Below, one piece after another: positions 50,605 through 59,649 of a stretch of 64,000 bases of DNA. Origin of the DNA: Fidelibacterota bacterium (GTDB lineage Bacteria; Fidelibacterota; Marinisomatia; Marinisomatales; TCS55). Every line of letters begins with the position of its first letter. Positions within the stretch are counted from its first letter, which is position 1. Position numbers and translations under genes: made by a program. The stretch is from the NCBI GenBank assembly GCA_046861385.1, contig JBHHTW010000008.1, forward strand, positions 1-64,000, read 5' to 3'. Under the pieces are notes generated by a model. The model was not told where the DNA came from, searched no databases, and was given only the letters and a program-made list of their open reading frames with translations.

Positions 50605-51853
50605 TTTTTTAGTCATACTCTTCTTTTCATGTGAAAAGCATAAAGAGGAGTCCTTGGCTGTAGTTAATGGAAATACCATTGCTTTAAAATCATTTATTCA
50701 ACGATATAATGATTTTCTATTTCAGACACAACTCCAGGACAATTTATTAAATAGAAACCTTTTTCTAAATTCTCTCATTGATGAAATTTTAATTGTTGAT
50801 TACGCCAATGATAGCGGTATAATAAACGATCCTGCTGTTATTAGAGAAAAACAACGTTTATATGATCAATTGTTATTGAATCAATTTTTTAATCATCAAA
50901 TATCCCCCAAGACAAATGCGACAGAATCGGAATTAAGACGTTTATTTACCTGGTCAAAAACTTCGATCCATGTCCGGCACTTATTTTCCAAAAACCTCGC
51001 GACCATTAAGAAAATTCAAAAAGAAATTCAGAGTGGCATTCAATGGGACATATTAGCTAAAACTTATTTTAATGATCCCACGCTAAAGGACAATGGCGGG
51101 GACATCGGCTGGATGAATATGGGTGAAATGGATCCTGCCTTTGAAGTTGTTGCTTTCTCGCTTACGGGGGATGAAATATCCGCTCCTGTAAAAACCAGAA
51201 ATGGTTATAGTATCATTCAAGTTATAGAAAGGGAAAAAGATATTTTTTTGACTGAACAGGATTATCAGCATGAGAAGGCCTGGCTGGAACAGCTGGCAGT
51301 GCAATATAAAAAATTACCGGCAGTCCGGGCTTATACCGATAGCGTTGAGGCAGAACTCAATATTCATTTTTCACAAAATAATTTATCGAAACTTTTTAAT
51401 GCAATAGTATATCATACGGAATCCAGCCACATTTATAATCATTCTCCTCTAGTATTTTTTAAGGACGGTAACCACTGGACAGTACAGGAAACATACCAAA
51501 AGCTGAATGACCTTTCCAGACGGCAATTCAACCATATAACAACAGAAGAAAATCTAAAAAATATTATCCGGGGACTGGCCGTGAGAAATATATTTCTTGC
51601 GGAGGCTGAAAAGATGAGATTAGAAAAATCAGCATTATTTACGGAAACTTTCACTCAAAAATATAATGCATATTTAATCAATCTGTGTCTTGAAAATTGT
51701 TATAATTCGATTCCTTTGGATACTATCGATCAAATTCAAAGCGTCAAAACAGCTTATATAAATTTTCGTAATGAATTAGCTAATAAAAGTTCAATCAGTG
51801 TTGACAGCCTGAAAGTAAAATCATTTATTTTAAATCAGGCGATTACATTATGA
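50570..51853 (+). CDS. Parvulin/PpiC-type peptidyl-prolyl isomerase lipoprotein (SurA/PrsA-like)
   Basis: Lipobox LFFSC; VRHL..., GGDIGW...MDPAFE.VAFSL...ISAPVKTRNGYSII. Confidence 0.8.
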   Translation: MQKMQKYLFITSFLVILFFSCEKHKEESLAVVNGNTIALKSFIQRYNDFLFQTQLQDNLLNRNLFLNSLIDEILIVDYANDSGIINDPAVIREKQRLYDQLLLNQFFNHQISPKTNATESELRRLFTWSKTSIHVRHLFSKNLATIKKIQKEIQSGIQWDILAKTYFNDPTLKDNGGDIGWMNMGEMDPAFEVVAFSLTGDEISAPVKTRNGYSIIQVIEREKDIFLTEQDYQHEKAWLEQLAVQYKKLPAVRAYTDSVEAELNIHFSQNNLSKLFNAIVYHTESSHIYNHSPLVFFKDGNHWTVQETYQKLNDLSRRQFNHITTEENLKNIIRGLAVRNIFLAEAEKMRLEKSALFTETFTQKYNAYLINLCLENCYNSIPLDTIDQIQSVKTAYINFRNELANKSSISVDSLKVKSFILNQAITL

Positions 51854-54768
51854 ATCGTAAACTAATTCCATTTCTATTATTGATTAATCTGATTGTATTG
51901 TCTGCCGGTACAACAGGAAAATTGACAGGTATTCTTTCGGACAAAAATACAGGTGAACCCCTTATTGGCTGTAATATCATATTAAATGGAACTGACCTCG
52001 GTACTGCTTCTGACATTAATGGTGAATATTTTATATTAAATATTCCCCCTGGGACATATTCCGTTCGATTTCAAATGATTGGTTATGAATCGATCATTTC
52101 AAATAATGTTTCAATTTCAATTGATAAAACAACCCGGCTGAATGCTGGTTTAGCTATTGAAGTTATTGAAGGGTCTGAAGTGGTGGTTACAGCAGAGCGA
52201 AAATTAATCCGGTTTGATGTGACACAATCGGAAGCGCGTATTACTTCTGACGAATTGGATGCCATGCCGGTGACAGAAGTGAAAGATATACTGCGATTAC
52301 AGGGAGGGATAACACAAGATGCCGGTGGCGGTCTGCATATGCGAGGCGGCCGAACCAATGAAATATCATATATGGTAGACGGTGTTCCCATGAGCGATGC
52401 CTATGACGGAGGTCTTTCCGTACAAATTGAAAATGACAATATACAGGAGTTGCAGGTCATCAGCGGTACATTTAATGCTGAATATGGAAAAGCGCTTACC
52501 GGAGTAGTGAATATGGTGACAAAAGATGGTGGAAATAATTTTGAAGGATTTGTAAATCTTTACGCCGGTGATCATTCAACCAGTGATACCATTTTCCTTG
52601 ACCTTGATTCTTATACTGTCCAAAATGATATTAGTCTGTCCGCAAATTTAAACGGTCCTATTATTCCTGGTTTAATTACATTTTATTCATCAGGACGGAT
52701 AAATAAATCAGACGGATGGCTCAACGGTCTCCAAACATTTACAATGTATGGTGATACATTGTTCTACGATAAAAACAATAATGGTTATCGTGATAATCAA
52801 GAAAAACTAAAAGATCCATTTTATAAAAGTATGAATTGGTACGATTCTTGGTCAACTCAAAATAAAATAACCGTTAAAATAAGCCCGACAACACGCATAA
52901 AAAGAAATTCCATTATCAATTCCAGAGAATCGCAAGACTATAACGAAGACGAGGATCATTTCAATCAAATGGTTCAGGGCGGTAGAAAAACTGACTACAA
53001 CTACGGTAGTTTTATTGCATATAATTTATCTCATTCATTTTCATCTATGTCCTTTGCCGAAATTAATGCCACGGAATACATACATAAATTTGAGTCATAT
53101 TTATTTGCAGACCCTCTGGATAGTCGATATACGACTCCAGACAGTCTTTTTTGGGCACATACAGTCGGTTTGTTACCGGACCACATTTTAGATAAATATG
53201 GTCAAGAAGCAAACTATTTCCCAGAGTATACATTTGATCGATGGGATGTGGAAACAGACAGGTTGAAGCGAAAAACAGACACAAAAAGTTTAAAGTTTGA
53301 TTTAACAGGCCAGATAAATAAATATAACCAGGTAAAATTTGGATTTGATATTACAAGGCATCAATTAACGTATGACAGCTATGATTTGTTGGATTTATCA
53401 GAAGCCGATCAAATATATACTCCCATTATTCCTGCAAAGGGCAGTTACAACCGAACAACGTATAAATTCAAACCTGAAGAAATGTCTTTTTATCTACAAG
53501 ACAAAATTGAATACGGAGATATGATTATTAATGCGGGAATCCGATTTGAATCCTTTGATCCAAAGGCCAAAGTACCAAGGAATATTCATGAACCTTACAT
53601 TTATAACCCTCGTAATCCGGCGCTTGATACACTCTCTTTTGAAGAATTAGAAAATATCCATTGGGGGGATATTTCGTATTTGGATGAAGACAGTCTGGGG
53701 AATCCTGTCAGTCATACGTATGCAGAATATTATAACCGTTTTAACGATCAACCTGATCTAGTGAGCCAAAAAGGCTGGTGGAAAAAAACAACTGTAAAGT
53801 CTCAATTAAGTCCACGGTTGGCAGTTGCTTATCCAATTTCTGATAAAGGAGTTATTCATTTTGCTTACGGCTATTTTTTTAAGATTCCTGATTTTTCAAA
53901 ATTATACAACGAAACAGATTACAAGCTTTCGGAAACAGAAACAAATTTCGGAATATTTGGTAATCCGGATTTAAAACCAGAATCAACGGTCAGCTACGAG
54001 CTTGGTCTTCGACAGGAAGTCGGCCCTAATATGAAATTAGAAATCAAAGGTTTCTATAGGGATGCCAGAAATTATGTTTCCAGCGGAATTCCAATTGACT
54101 TAGGTGATGGTAAATCATATTACACCTATGTGAATAAAGATTATTCCAATTCTCGTGGTATTATTATTTCTTTCTATAAACGTTTTAATCGACTCATTGG
54201 ATGGAACTTTGATTATACATATCAGATAGCAGAAGGATCCAATTCAAATCCAGATGAGGAATTTGGCGCTGTACTGGATGGAAAGGAACCCACACGATCC
54301 ATTATTCCATTGGACTGGGATCAAAGACATAATATAAATGGATCTATTTCCATTGGAAAAAATGGTTGGGGTGCAAATATGATTATCCAATATGGAAGCG
54401 GCTACCCTTACACGCCGGAGATCACTAATTATGAACAACAGGGAGCTGTATTATCAAATGTTTTAATACGTAATAGTCGGAGAAAATCAAGCAATTTCAG
54501 AATCGATTTAAAATTATTCAAGCAGGTACAAGTCGGAGCCTTAAACGGTAAATTCTATATTAATATTTATAATTTGTTTGACAGACGAAATGAAATAAGT
54601 GTTTACGGAGACTCGGGGCGATCCGACCAGACAATCGAGGAATCCCGCGCAGAAATAATTTCGCCTTTTGAACCGTTAAGACCTAATACGATCAATGAAT
54701 ATTATAACCGACCACATTGGTACGATGAACCGCGGGAAATACAATTTGGATTTCAATTCGCATGGTAA
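51850..54768 (+). CDS. TonB-dependent receptor with N-terminal carboxypeptidase-regulatory-like domain
   Basis: GTTGKLTG..GEPLIG; plug HMRGGR..YMVDG..SGTFNAEYG; SPRLAVAYPI, GNPDLKPE, NIYNLFD; C-terminal PREIQFGFQFAW. Confidence 0.9.
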   Translation: MNRKLIPFLLLINLIVLSAGTTGKLTGILSDKNTGEPLIGCNIILNGTDLGTASDINGEYFILNIPPGTYSVRFQMIGYESIISNNVSISIDKTTRLNAGLAIEVIEGSEVVVTAERKLIRFDVTQSEARITSDELDAMPVTEVKDILRLQGGITQDAGGGLHMRGGRTNEISYMVDGVPMSDAYDGGLSVQIENDNIQELQVISGTFNAEYGKALTGVVNMVTKDGGNNFEGFVNLYAGDHSTSDTIFLDLDSYTVQNDISLSANLNGPIIPGLITFYSSGRINKSDGWLNGLQTFTMYGDTLFYDKNNNGYRDNQEKLKDPFYKSMNWYDSWSTQNKITVKISPTTRIKRNSIINSRESQDYNEDEDHFNQMVQGGRKTDYNYGSFIAYNLSHSFSSMSFAEINATEYIHKFESYLFADPLDSRYTTPDSLFWAHTVGLLPDHILDKYGQEANYFPEYTFDRWDVETDRLKRKTDTKSLKFDLTGQINKYNQVKFGFDITRHQLTYDSYDLLDLSEADQIYTPIIPAKGSYNRTTYKFKPEEMSFYLQDKIEYGDMIINAGIRFESFDPKAKVPRNIHEPYIYNPRNPALDTLSFEELENIHWGDISYLDEDSLGNPVSHTYAEYYNRFNDQPDLVSQKGWWKKTTVKSQLSPRLAVAYPISDKGVIHFAYGYFFKIPDFSKLYNETDYKLSETETNFGIFGNPDLKPESTVSYELGLRQEVGPNMKLEIKGFYRDARNYVSSGIPIDLGDGKSYYTYVNKDYSNSRGIIISFYKRFNRLIGWNFDYTYQIAEGSNSNPDEEFGAVLDGKEPTRSIIPLDWDQRHNINGSISIGKNGWGANMIIQYGSGYPYTPEITNYEQQGAVLSNVLIRNSRRKSSNFRIDLKLFKQVQVGALNGKFYINIYNLFDRRNEISVYGDSGRSDQTIEESRAEIISPFEPLRPNTINEYYNRPHWYDEPREIQFGFQFAW

Positions 54769-57700
54769 AATACATTTCTACATTCTTCCTTTTGGGTGTT
54801 CTGCTTCTGGCTCAATCGAGTGAGCGGGGAGACCCAAATTTTCGCCGGGCCACCAACATTGATGTCAATAAAGTCCGCACCACAATATTTAATTATGGAA
54901 TTACTGGAAGAACTGGCGCCAACCCGGGTGAAATTCCCTATGAATGGCCCGTGAATTCTAATCAACATTATATTGCCATGACCGCATTGGCTGTCGGCGC
55001 TGAGGTACAAACAACGTCCGGTGAAACCAGAGCATTGGTTACCATTCCTTTTCGTTCGGATCAATCTGGTAATTCCATGGCTTGGGAACCCGTCCCGGAG
55101 TATTTAAACCCCAATTCCCAGAAAATAACTATCAGTGATGACTTAGACACATGGCCTTCATATTGGCCGGATAAAATGGATGACAGTAACGATCCTGGAT
55201 GGCCAGGGTCTTGGAATGGTTATTTTGGAAAAAATCAATTTAACGCACAACAGGAAATTTATTATAAAACATCGGATGATAGAAATTTCATTATTGGAAA
55301 TCCTTACTCTCCAGATACAACGGATTTGAGCCGTAAAGGAGCGGGACTGTTAACTGGAGTTCGAATCATGGAATGGAAGCAAATTCTTATTGAAGATGTC
55401 GTTTTTATTCTCCATGAAATCACCAATGATGGTTCTTTTGACTATAATAAAGTATCCTTTTCCATGTGGTTGGCTGATCTGGTTGGTGGTGATGGTGATA
55501 GTGGCGATGATACTCCCGATTTCGATTTGATCTATGATGTCGCCTGGTCCATGGACAGCGACGGTGTTGGTAATGCTGCTTTTGGTTCAGATCCTGTGGG
55601 TGTTGCTGCAACGTCTTTTATTGAAACGCCTGGAAATAATACAGATCGAATTGACAATGATGGCGATGGAGAAGAGGACGGGCCTATTATTCTTGAAACG
55701 ATGATTGAGAATGAAATATTGGGGAACGCTATTGATGATAACGGCAATGGTCTTGTGGATGAAAATATGACTCATGTCCCTTTTGGTAACCAGGCAGGTG
55801 TTTCCTTTGCTGACCATATCGACAATGACAATGATGGGGAAGCTGGAAGCCCGGTGGTAACTCAAGACATGATTAATGCAGCAAATTCCGGGCAATGGAG
55901 TATTTGGCCTAATATAAACGACGAAATTCAAGATTCAATAATCCACCTCATTGGTTTAGATGAATCTGATTTAGATCATGCTTATAAGGATGGAATTGAT
56001 AATAATGCTGACCCAGACAATCCATATTTTCTGGAATACCCAGTTGGATTAGGGGCAGAAGTCAATTCTCCACTAGTGGATTCGGCTATGGTTTTAGCGG
56101 CCGCAAGTGACTTGTGGCTCCGATATAAAGTTCCCAATAGTGATATTATCCTCTATGACGTGAATATTGAAGATATTGGGAAACCGTTTGCGGACGGAGT
56201 GGATAATGATGGGGACGGAGCTGTTGACGAAGGTATCGATGAAGGAATTGATGAAATGATTGATGAGTCTCGAGATGATTTTCTTGACAATGATGGTGAC
56301 TGGGAGTTGAGCGACGATATTGGCATCAATGGTGATGAGTCTGGCGGAATAGAAGCGGGTGTTGGCGATCAAAAACCTACGTCTGGTTCAGGCACAGGTT
56401 TCCCCGGTGAGCCCAATATTGATAAAACGGATGTATCAGAATCGGACCAAATGGGGTTAACCGCCGTTGGTTATGATCCTGCCGGATCCATTCCGGTTAC
56501 GAGTGACAATTATTTATGGCTGTTTTACATGACTCCGGGAAGCTACTGGCAGCCACCTCCCGGCGGTCAACCACCCGGTGATTATGATTTATTTGTTACA
56601 TCTGGATTTTTCCCGCTGCAGGCCGGGCAAACTGAACGCATTGCCATGGCTGTAACTCTTGGGAACGATGAAGCAGACGCCCTGAGAAATAAAGCTGTAG
56701 CACAAACCACCTATGACTTTGATTATCAATTTGCCAAAGCTCCAGACCCACCCGTAGTTACAGCGGTTCCCGGAGATGGAAAAGTGACTATTTATTGGGA
56801 TAAGAGCGCTGAAGAATCAATTGATAAATATATGGGCGAAGTTACAAATGGTGTGGATCTCCATGACTTCGAAGGATATAAAATTTACAGAGCTACGGAT
56901 TTCGAATTTAACGATGCCTACACCATCACTGACGGTGATGGGAATCTTACTTTTTTGGAACCCTATTCGCAAAATGGACAGAAAGCCCAATGGGATATAA
57001 TTAATGGTAAAAGAGGGTGGCATCCAGTTGATTTAAACGGTATCAAATTTTACCTCGGGGATGATTCCGGTCTGGAACATTCTTTCGTAGATGAAAATGT
57101 CGTTAATGGACAAAAATATTATTATGCTGTTGTATCCTATGATTACGGCGGTGATTTGACCAACAATATCATTCCCAGCGACTCCCCCATGAAGCTCCGT
57201 GTGAATTCATTAACCGGTACGGTAGAATTGGGGCCAAATGTGGTTGAAGTCACTCCTTCACCTCCTTCCGCCGGGTACGTTGATGCTGAATTCCAAGGAG
57301 ATCAAATTGATCACATTTCCGGCACATCAGTTGGAGAAATATTTCTTGAAATTGTTGAACCGATGGCTATTAAAGACCATCACACATACCAGATAACATT
57401 TGAAGACACAATATTGCCCAATCAGCAGGGGTTGGCCGGGTATGATACCATTACGACCAAATCTTATTATTTGGTGGATGTTACCTTTGATGAAAATCCA
57501 GACACATTAGTCAATGACGATCATTATTTCCCCGAATCAGATGGACAGATTGTTGATGGCTTCAGATTGGCTTTTAATAATATTGCTGATTTGACGTTCA
57601 ATGAGGAACAGTCAACATGGTCCAGAGATAGTCTCTGGACATTTAAAGTTTTAAGATATGCCACTTTTAATGTAATTGGTACCAAAACTCCTTATGATTA

Positions 57701-58487
57701 TCGAATTATTTTTTCTGAAACACAATCTGATTCCACCATTGATTTTTGTATGCGCTATCTCCCAAATTCATCTACGTGCTTTCCTGGGTTTTTATATCCG
57801 GGACGCGCCGTTAATTTTAAAGTTCAGCGGCGTGAATCCCTCACCGGCGATGACAGTGTAGACTGGGTGGAAATTCCCATTGGATTTATAGACGTTATCC
57901 CTATCGGAACCTCTGATGGTTATTTCAATGCAGATGGAAATAGAGAAAGTGATTGGATTGTATTTTTGGATTACGAAGATGCTGCCGGAAACCCTGCTCC
58001 CTCCTGGGCGTTTTATTTAAATCTCCTCCCATTTGATGATGAACTCATTTATAACGAACCGCAACCGGGCGATACAGCATATATTATTATCGAAAAGCCA
58101 TTCCTCCCTGAGGATGTTTATGAATTTACCACCATAGCTTCACACATTGACCCCGCTCAAGCAAAGATCGATCTAAAAAAGATTAAGGTGGTGCCAAACC
58201 CATATCTCGCAGCGAATGCTTTTGAGGGTCAGAACACGTTTACGTCGGGACGAGGCCCAAGAGAAATTCAATTTCGATATTTACCGAAAGAGTGTACGAT
58301 TCGCATATATACAATATCCGGTGAATTAGTGAAAACGATTCATCATTCATCGTCTATGGATTCCGGTACAGGAAAGTGGGATTTGCTTACAAAAGATAAC
58401 CTGACAGCATCTTATGGTATTTATATATATCACATCGAAGCACCGGGGATCGGTGAAAAAATCGGGAAATTAGCTATTGTAAAATGA
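54762..58487 (+). CDS. Large acidic secreted protein (1241 aa) with Asp-rich repeats, FN3-like region and variant T9SS-like CTD
   Basis: Signal peptide; repeated DxxDNDGDG; PGDGKVTIYWD...FEGYKIYR...YYYAVVSYD; C-terminal KVVPNPY...IRIYTISGELV...WDL...GIYIYHI...GKLAIVK. Confidence 0.8.
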   Translation: MVKYISTFFLLGVLLLAQSSERGDPNFRRATNIDVNKVRTTIFNYGITGRTGANPGEIPYEWPVNSNQHYIAMTALAVGAEVQTTSGETRALVTIPFRSDQSGNSMAWEPVPEYLNPNSQKITISDDLDTWPSYWPDKMDDSNDPGWPGSWNGYFGKNQFNAQQEIYYKTSDDRNFIIGNPYSPDTTDLSRKGAGLLTGVRIMEWKQILIEDVVFILHEITNDGSFDYNKVSFSMWLADLVGGDGDSGDDTPDFDLIYDVAWSMDSDGVGNAAFGSDPVGVAATSFIETPGNNTDRIDNDGDGEEDGPIILETMIENEILGNAIDDNGNGLVDENMTHVPFGNQAGVSFADHIDNDNDGEAGSPVVTQDMINAANSGQWSIWPNINDEIQDSIIHLIGLDESDLDHAYKDGIDNNADPDNPYFLEYPVGLGAEVNSPLVDSAMVLAAASDLWLRYKVPNSDIILYDVNIEDIGKPFADGVDNDGDGAVDEGIDEGIDEMIDESRDDFLDNDGDWELSDDIGINGDESGGIEAGVGDQKPTSGSGTGFPGEPNIDKTDVSESDQMGLTAVGYDPAGSIPVTSDNYLWLFYMTPGSYWQPPPGGQPPGDYDLFVTSGFFPLQAGQTERIAMAVTLGNDEADALRNKAVAQTTYDFDYQFAKAPDPPVVTAVPGDGKVTIYWDKSAEESIDKYMGEVTNGVDLHDFEGYKIYRATDFEFNDAYTITDGDGNLTFLEPYSQNGQKAQWDIINGKRGWHPVDLNGIKFYLGDDSGLEHSFVDENVVNGQKYYYAVVSYDYGGDLTNNIIPSDSPMKLRVNSLTGTVELGPNVVEVTPSPPSAGYVDAEFQGDQIDHISGTSVGEIFLEIVEPMAIKDHHTYQITFEDTILPNQQGLAGYDTITTKSYYLVDVTFDENPDTLVNDDHYFPESDGQIVDGFRLAFNNIADLTFNEEQSTWSRDSLWTFKVLRYATFNVIGTKTPYDYRIIFSETQSDSTIDFCMRYLPNSSTCFPGFLYPGRAVNFKVQRRESLTGDDSVDWVEIPIGFIDVIPIGTSDGYFNADGNRESDWIVFLDYEDAAGNPAPSWAFYLNLLPFDDELIYNEPQPGDTAYIIIEKPFLPEDVYEFTTIASHIDPAQAKIDLKKIKVVPNPYLAANAFEGQNTFTSGRGPREIQFRYLPKECTIRIYTISGELVKTIHHSSSMDSGTGKWDLLTKDNLTASYGIYIYHIEAPGIGEKIGKLAIVK

Positions 58488-59491
58488 TGAACATTTTTAA
58501 AAAAATATACATTCTTTTGTTCATCATTTCTTTATCCTATGGCGTAGATAAAACGGGTACAACAGCTGCAAAATTTTTATCCATCAATATTGGTTCTCAA
58601 GCTGTTGGCCTGGGTGGCGCTTTTACTTCGATAGCCAATGATGCTACAGCCATGTATTGGAATCCTGCCGGATTAAGTTTTTACAATACTAAAGAGGTGT
58701 ATTTAAACCATTCCAATTGGATAGCGGATATTGCATTTGATTATTTTGGCGTAACTCTGCCTCTTCGAGGCGGACATGTTTTTGGGTTTAATATTACATC
58801 CTTAACGATGGATGATATGGAAGTTACCCGATATGGAAATGAGGATACAGATCAAACCTTTTCTGCGGCTGATTATGCAATCGGCATGACATATTCAGTA
58901 AACCTGACGGATAGATTTTCGATTGGTTTTAATGGGAAATATATTCAAGAAACGATTGCTAATAATCACGCGTCTAGTGCTGCTCTGGATGTGGGAACAC
59001 TATTTACAACACCATATGGATTCAGATTGGGAACCAGTATCAGCAATTTCGGTCCGAAAATGAATATGACTGGTGACGATTTGTTGGTTCCGGTTGATGT
59101 GAATGAAACAATCAATGGTGACAATGAAAGCATAACCGGGTATTTATCAACAGATTATTTTGATTTACCCCTTGTCCTAAGAGTGGGTATTTCAAATGAT
59201 ATCCAATTGGGAAATTTAGGTCGTTTCACATGGGCCATTGATGCCAATAATCCTAACGATAACTCCATGTATTTGAATATGGGTGCCGAAGCAGGACTGT
59301 TCAAAGATTTATTTGTAATAAGAGTCGGGGCGAATTCACTATTTTTGAATGATAGGGAGAAAGAGCTTTCTCTCGGTTGCGGAATTAACACACCAAGTGC
59401 TTTGGGTAGAATTTTGCATTTTAATTATAGCTTTGAAACATTATCTCATCTTGGAGACCTTCATCAAATTAGTTTTCATATTTCTTATTAA
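58484..59491 (+). CDS. PorV/PorQ family outer-membrane beta-barrel
   Basis: KTGTTAAKFLSINIGSQAVGLGGAF..ANDATAMYWNPAGL, ISNFGP, LPLVLRVG; C-terminal aromatic residue. Confidence 0.85.
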   Translation: MMNIFKKIYILLFIISLSYGVDKTGTTAAKFLSINIGSQAVGLGGAFTSIANDATAMYWNPAGLSFYNTKEVYLNHSNWIADIAFDYFGVTLPLRGGHVFGFNITSLTMDDMEVTRYGNEDTDQTFSAADYAIGMTYSVNLTDRFSIGFNGKYIQETIANNHASSAALDVGTLFTTPYGFRLGTSISNFGPKMNMTGDDLLVPVDVNETINGDNESITGYLSTDYFDLPLVLRVGISNDIQLGNLGRFTWAIDANNPNDNSMYLNMGAEAGLFKDLFVIRVGANSLFLNDREKELSLGCGINTPSALGRILHFNYSFETLSHLGDLHQISFHISY

Positions 59492-59539
59492 AACATCTGA
59501 AATTTTTCTTGAATATTCCACGAATTCTGTTGAAATTCT

Positions 59540-59563
59540 GAGTGACTCATTTATGAGTTACTA
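59540..59563. promoter_or_regulatory. Palindromic operator copy 4 (candidate TrmB site)
   Basis: GAGTGACT-CATTTATG-AGTTACTA, 86 bp upstream of the tandem-CBM gene. Confidence 0.75.
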
Positions 59564-59649
59564 ATTATGTTCAATGAATTATCTCCTTTGAATATATACT
59601 TTAAAACATTTGAAAAACTAAATAACATTATAAAATCAAGGATAATCTT

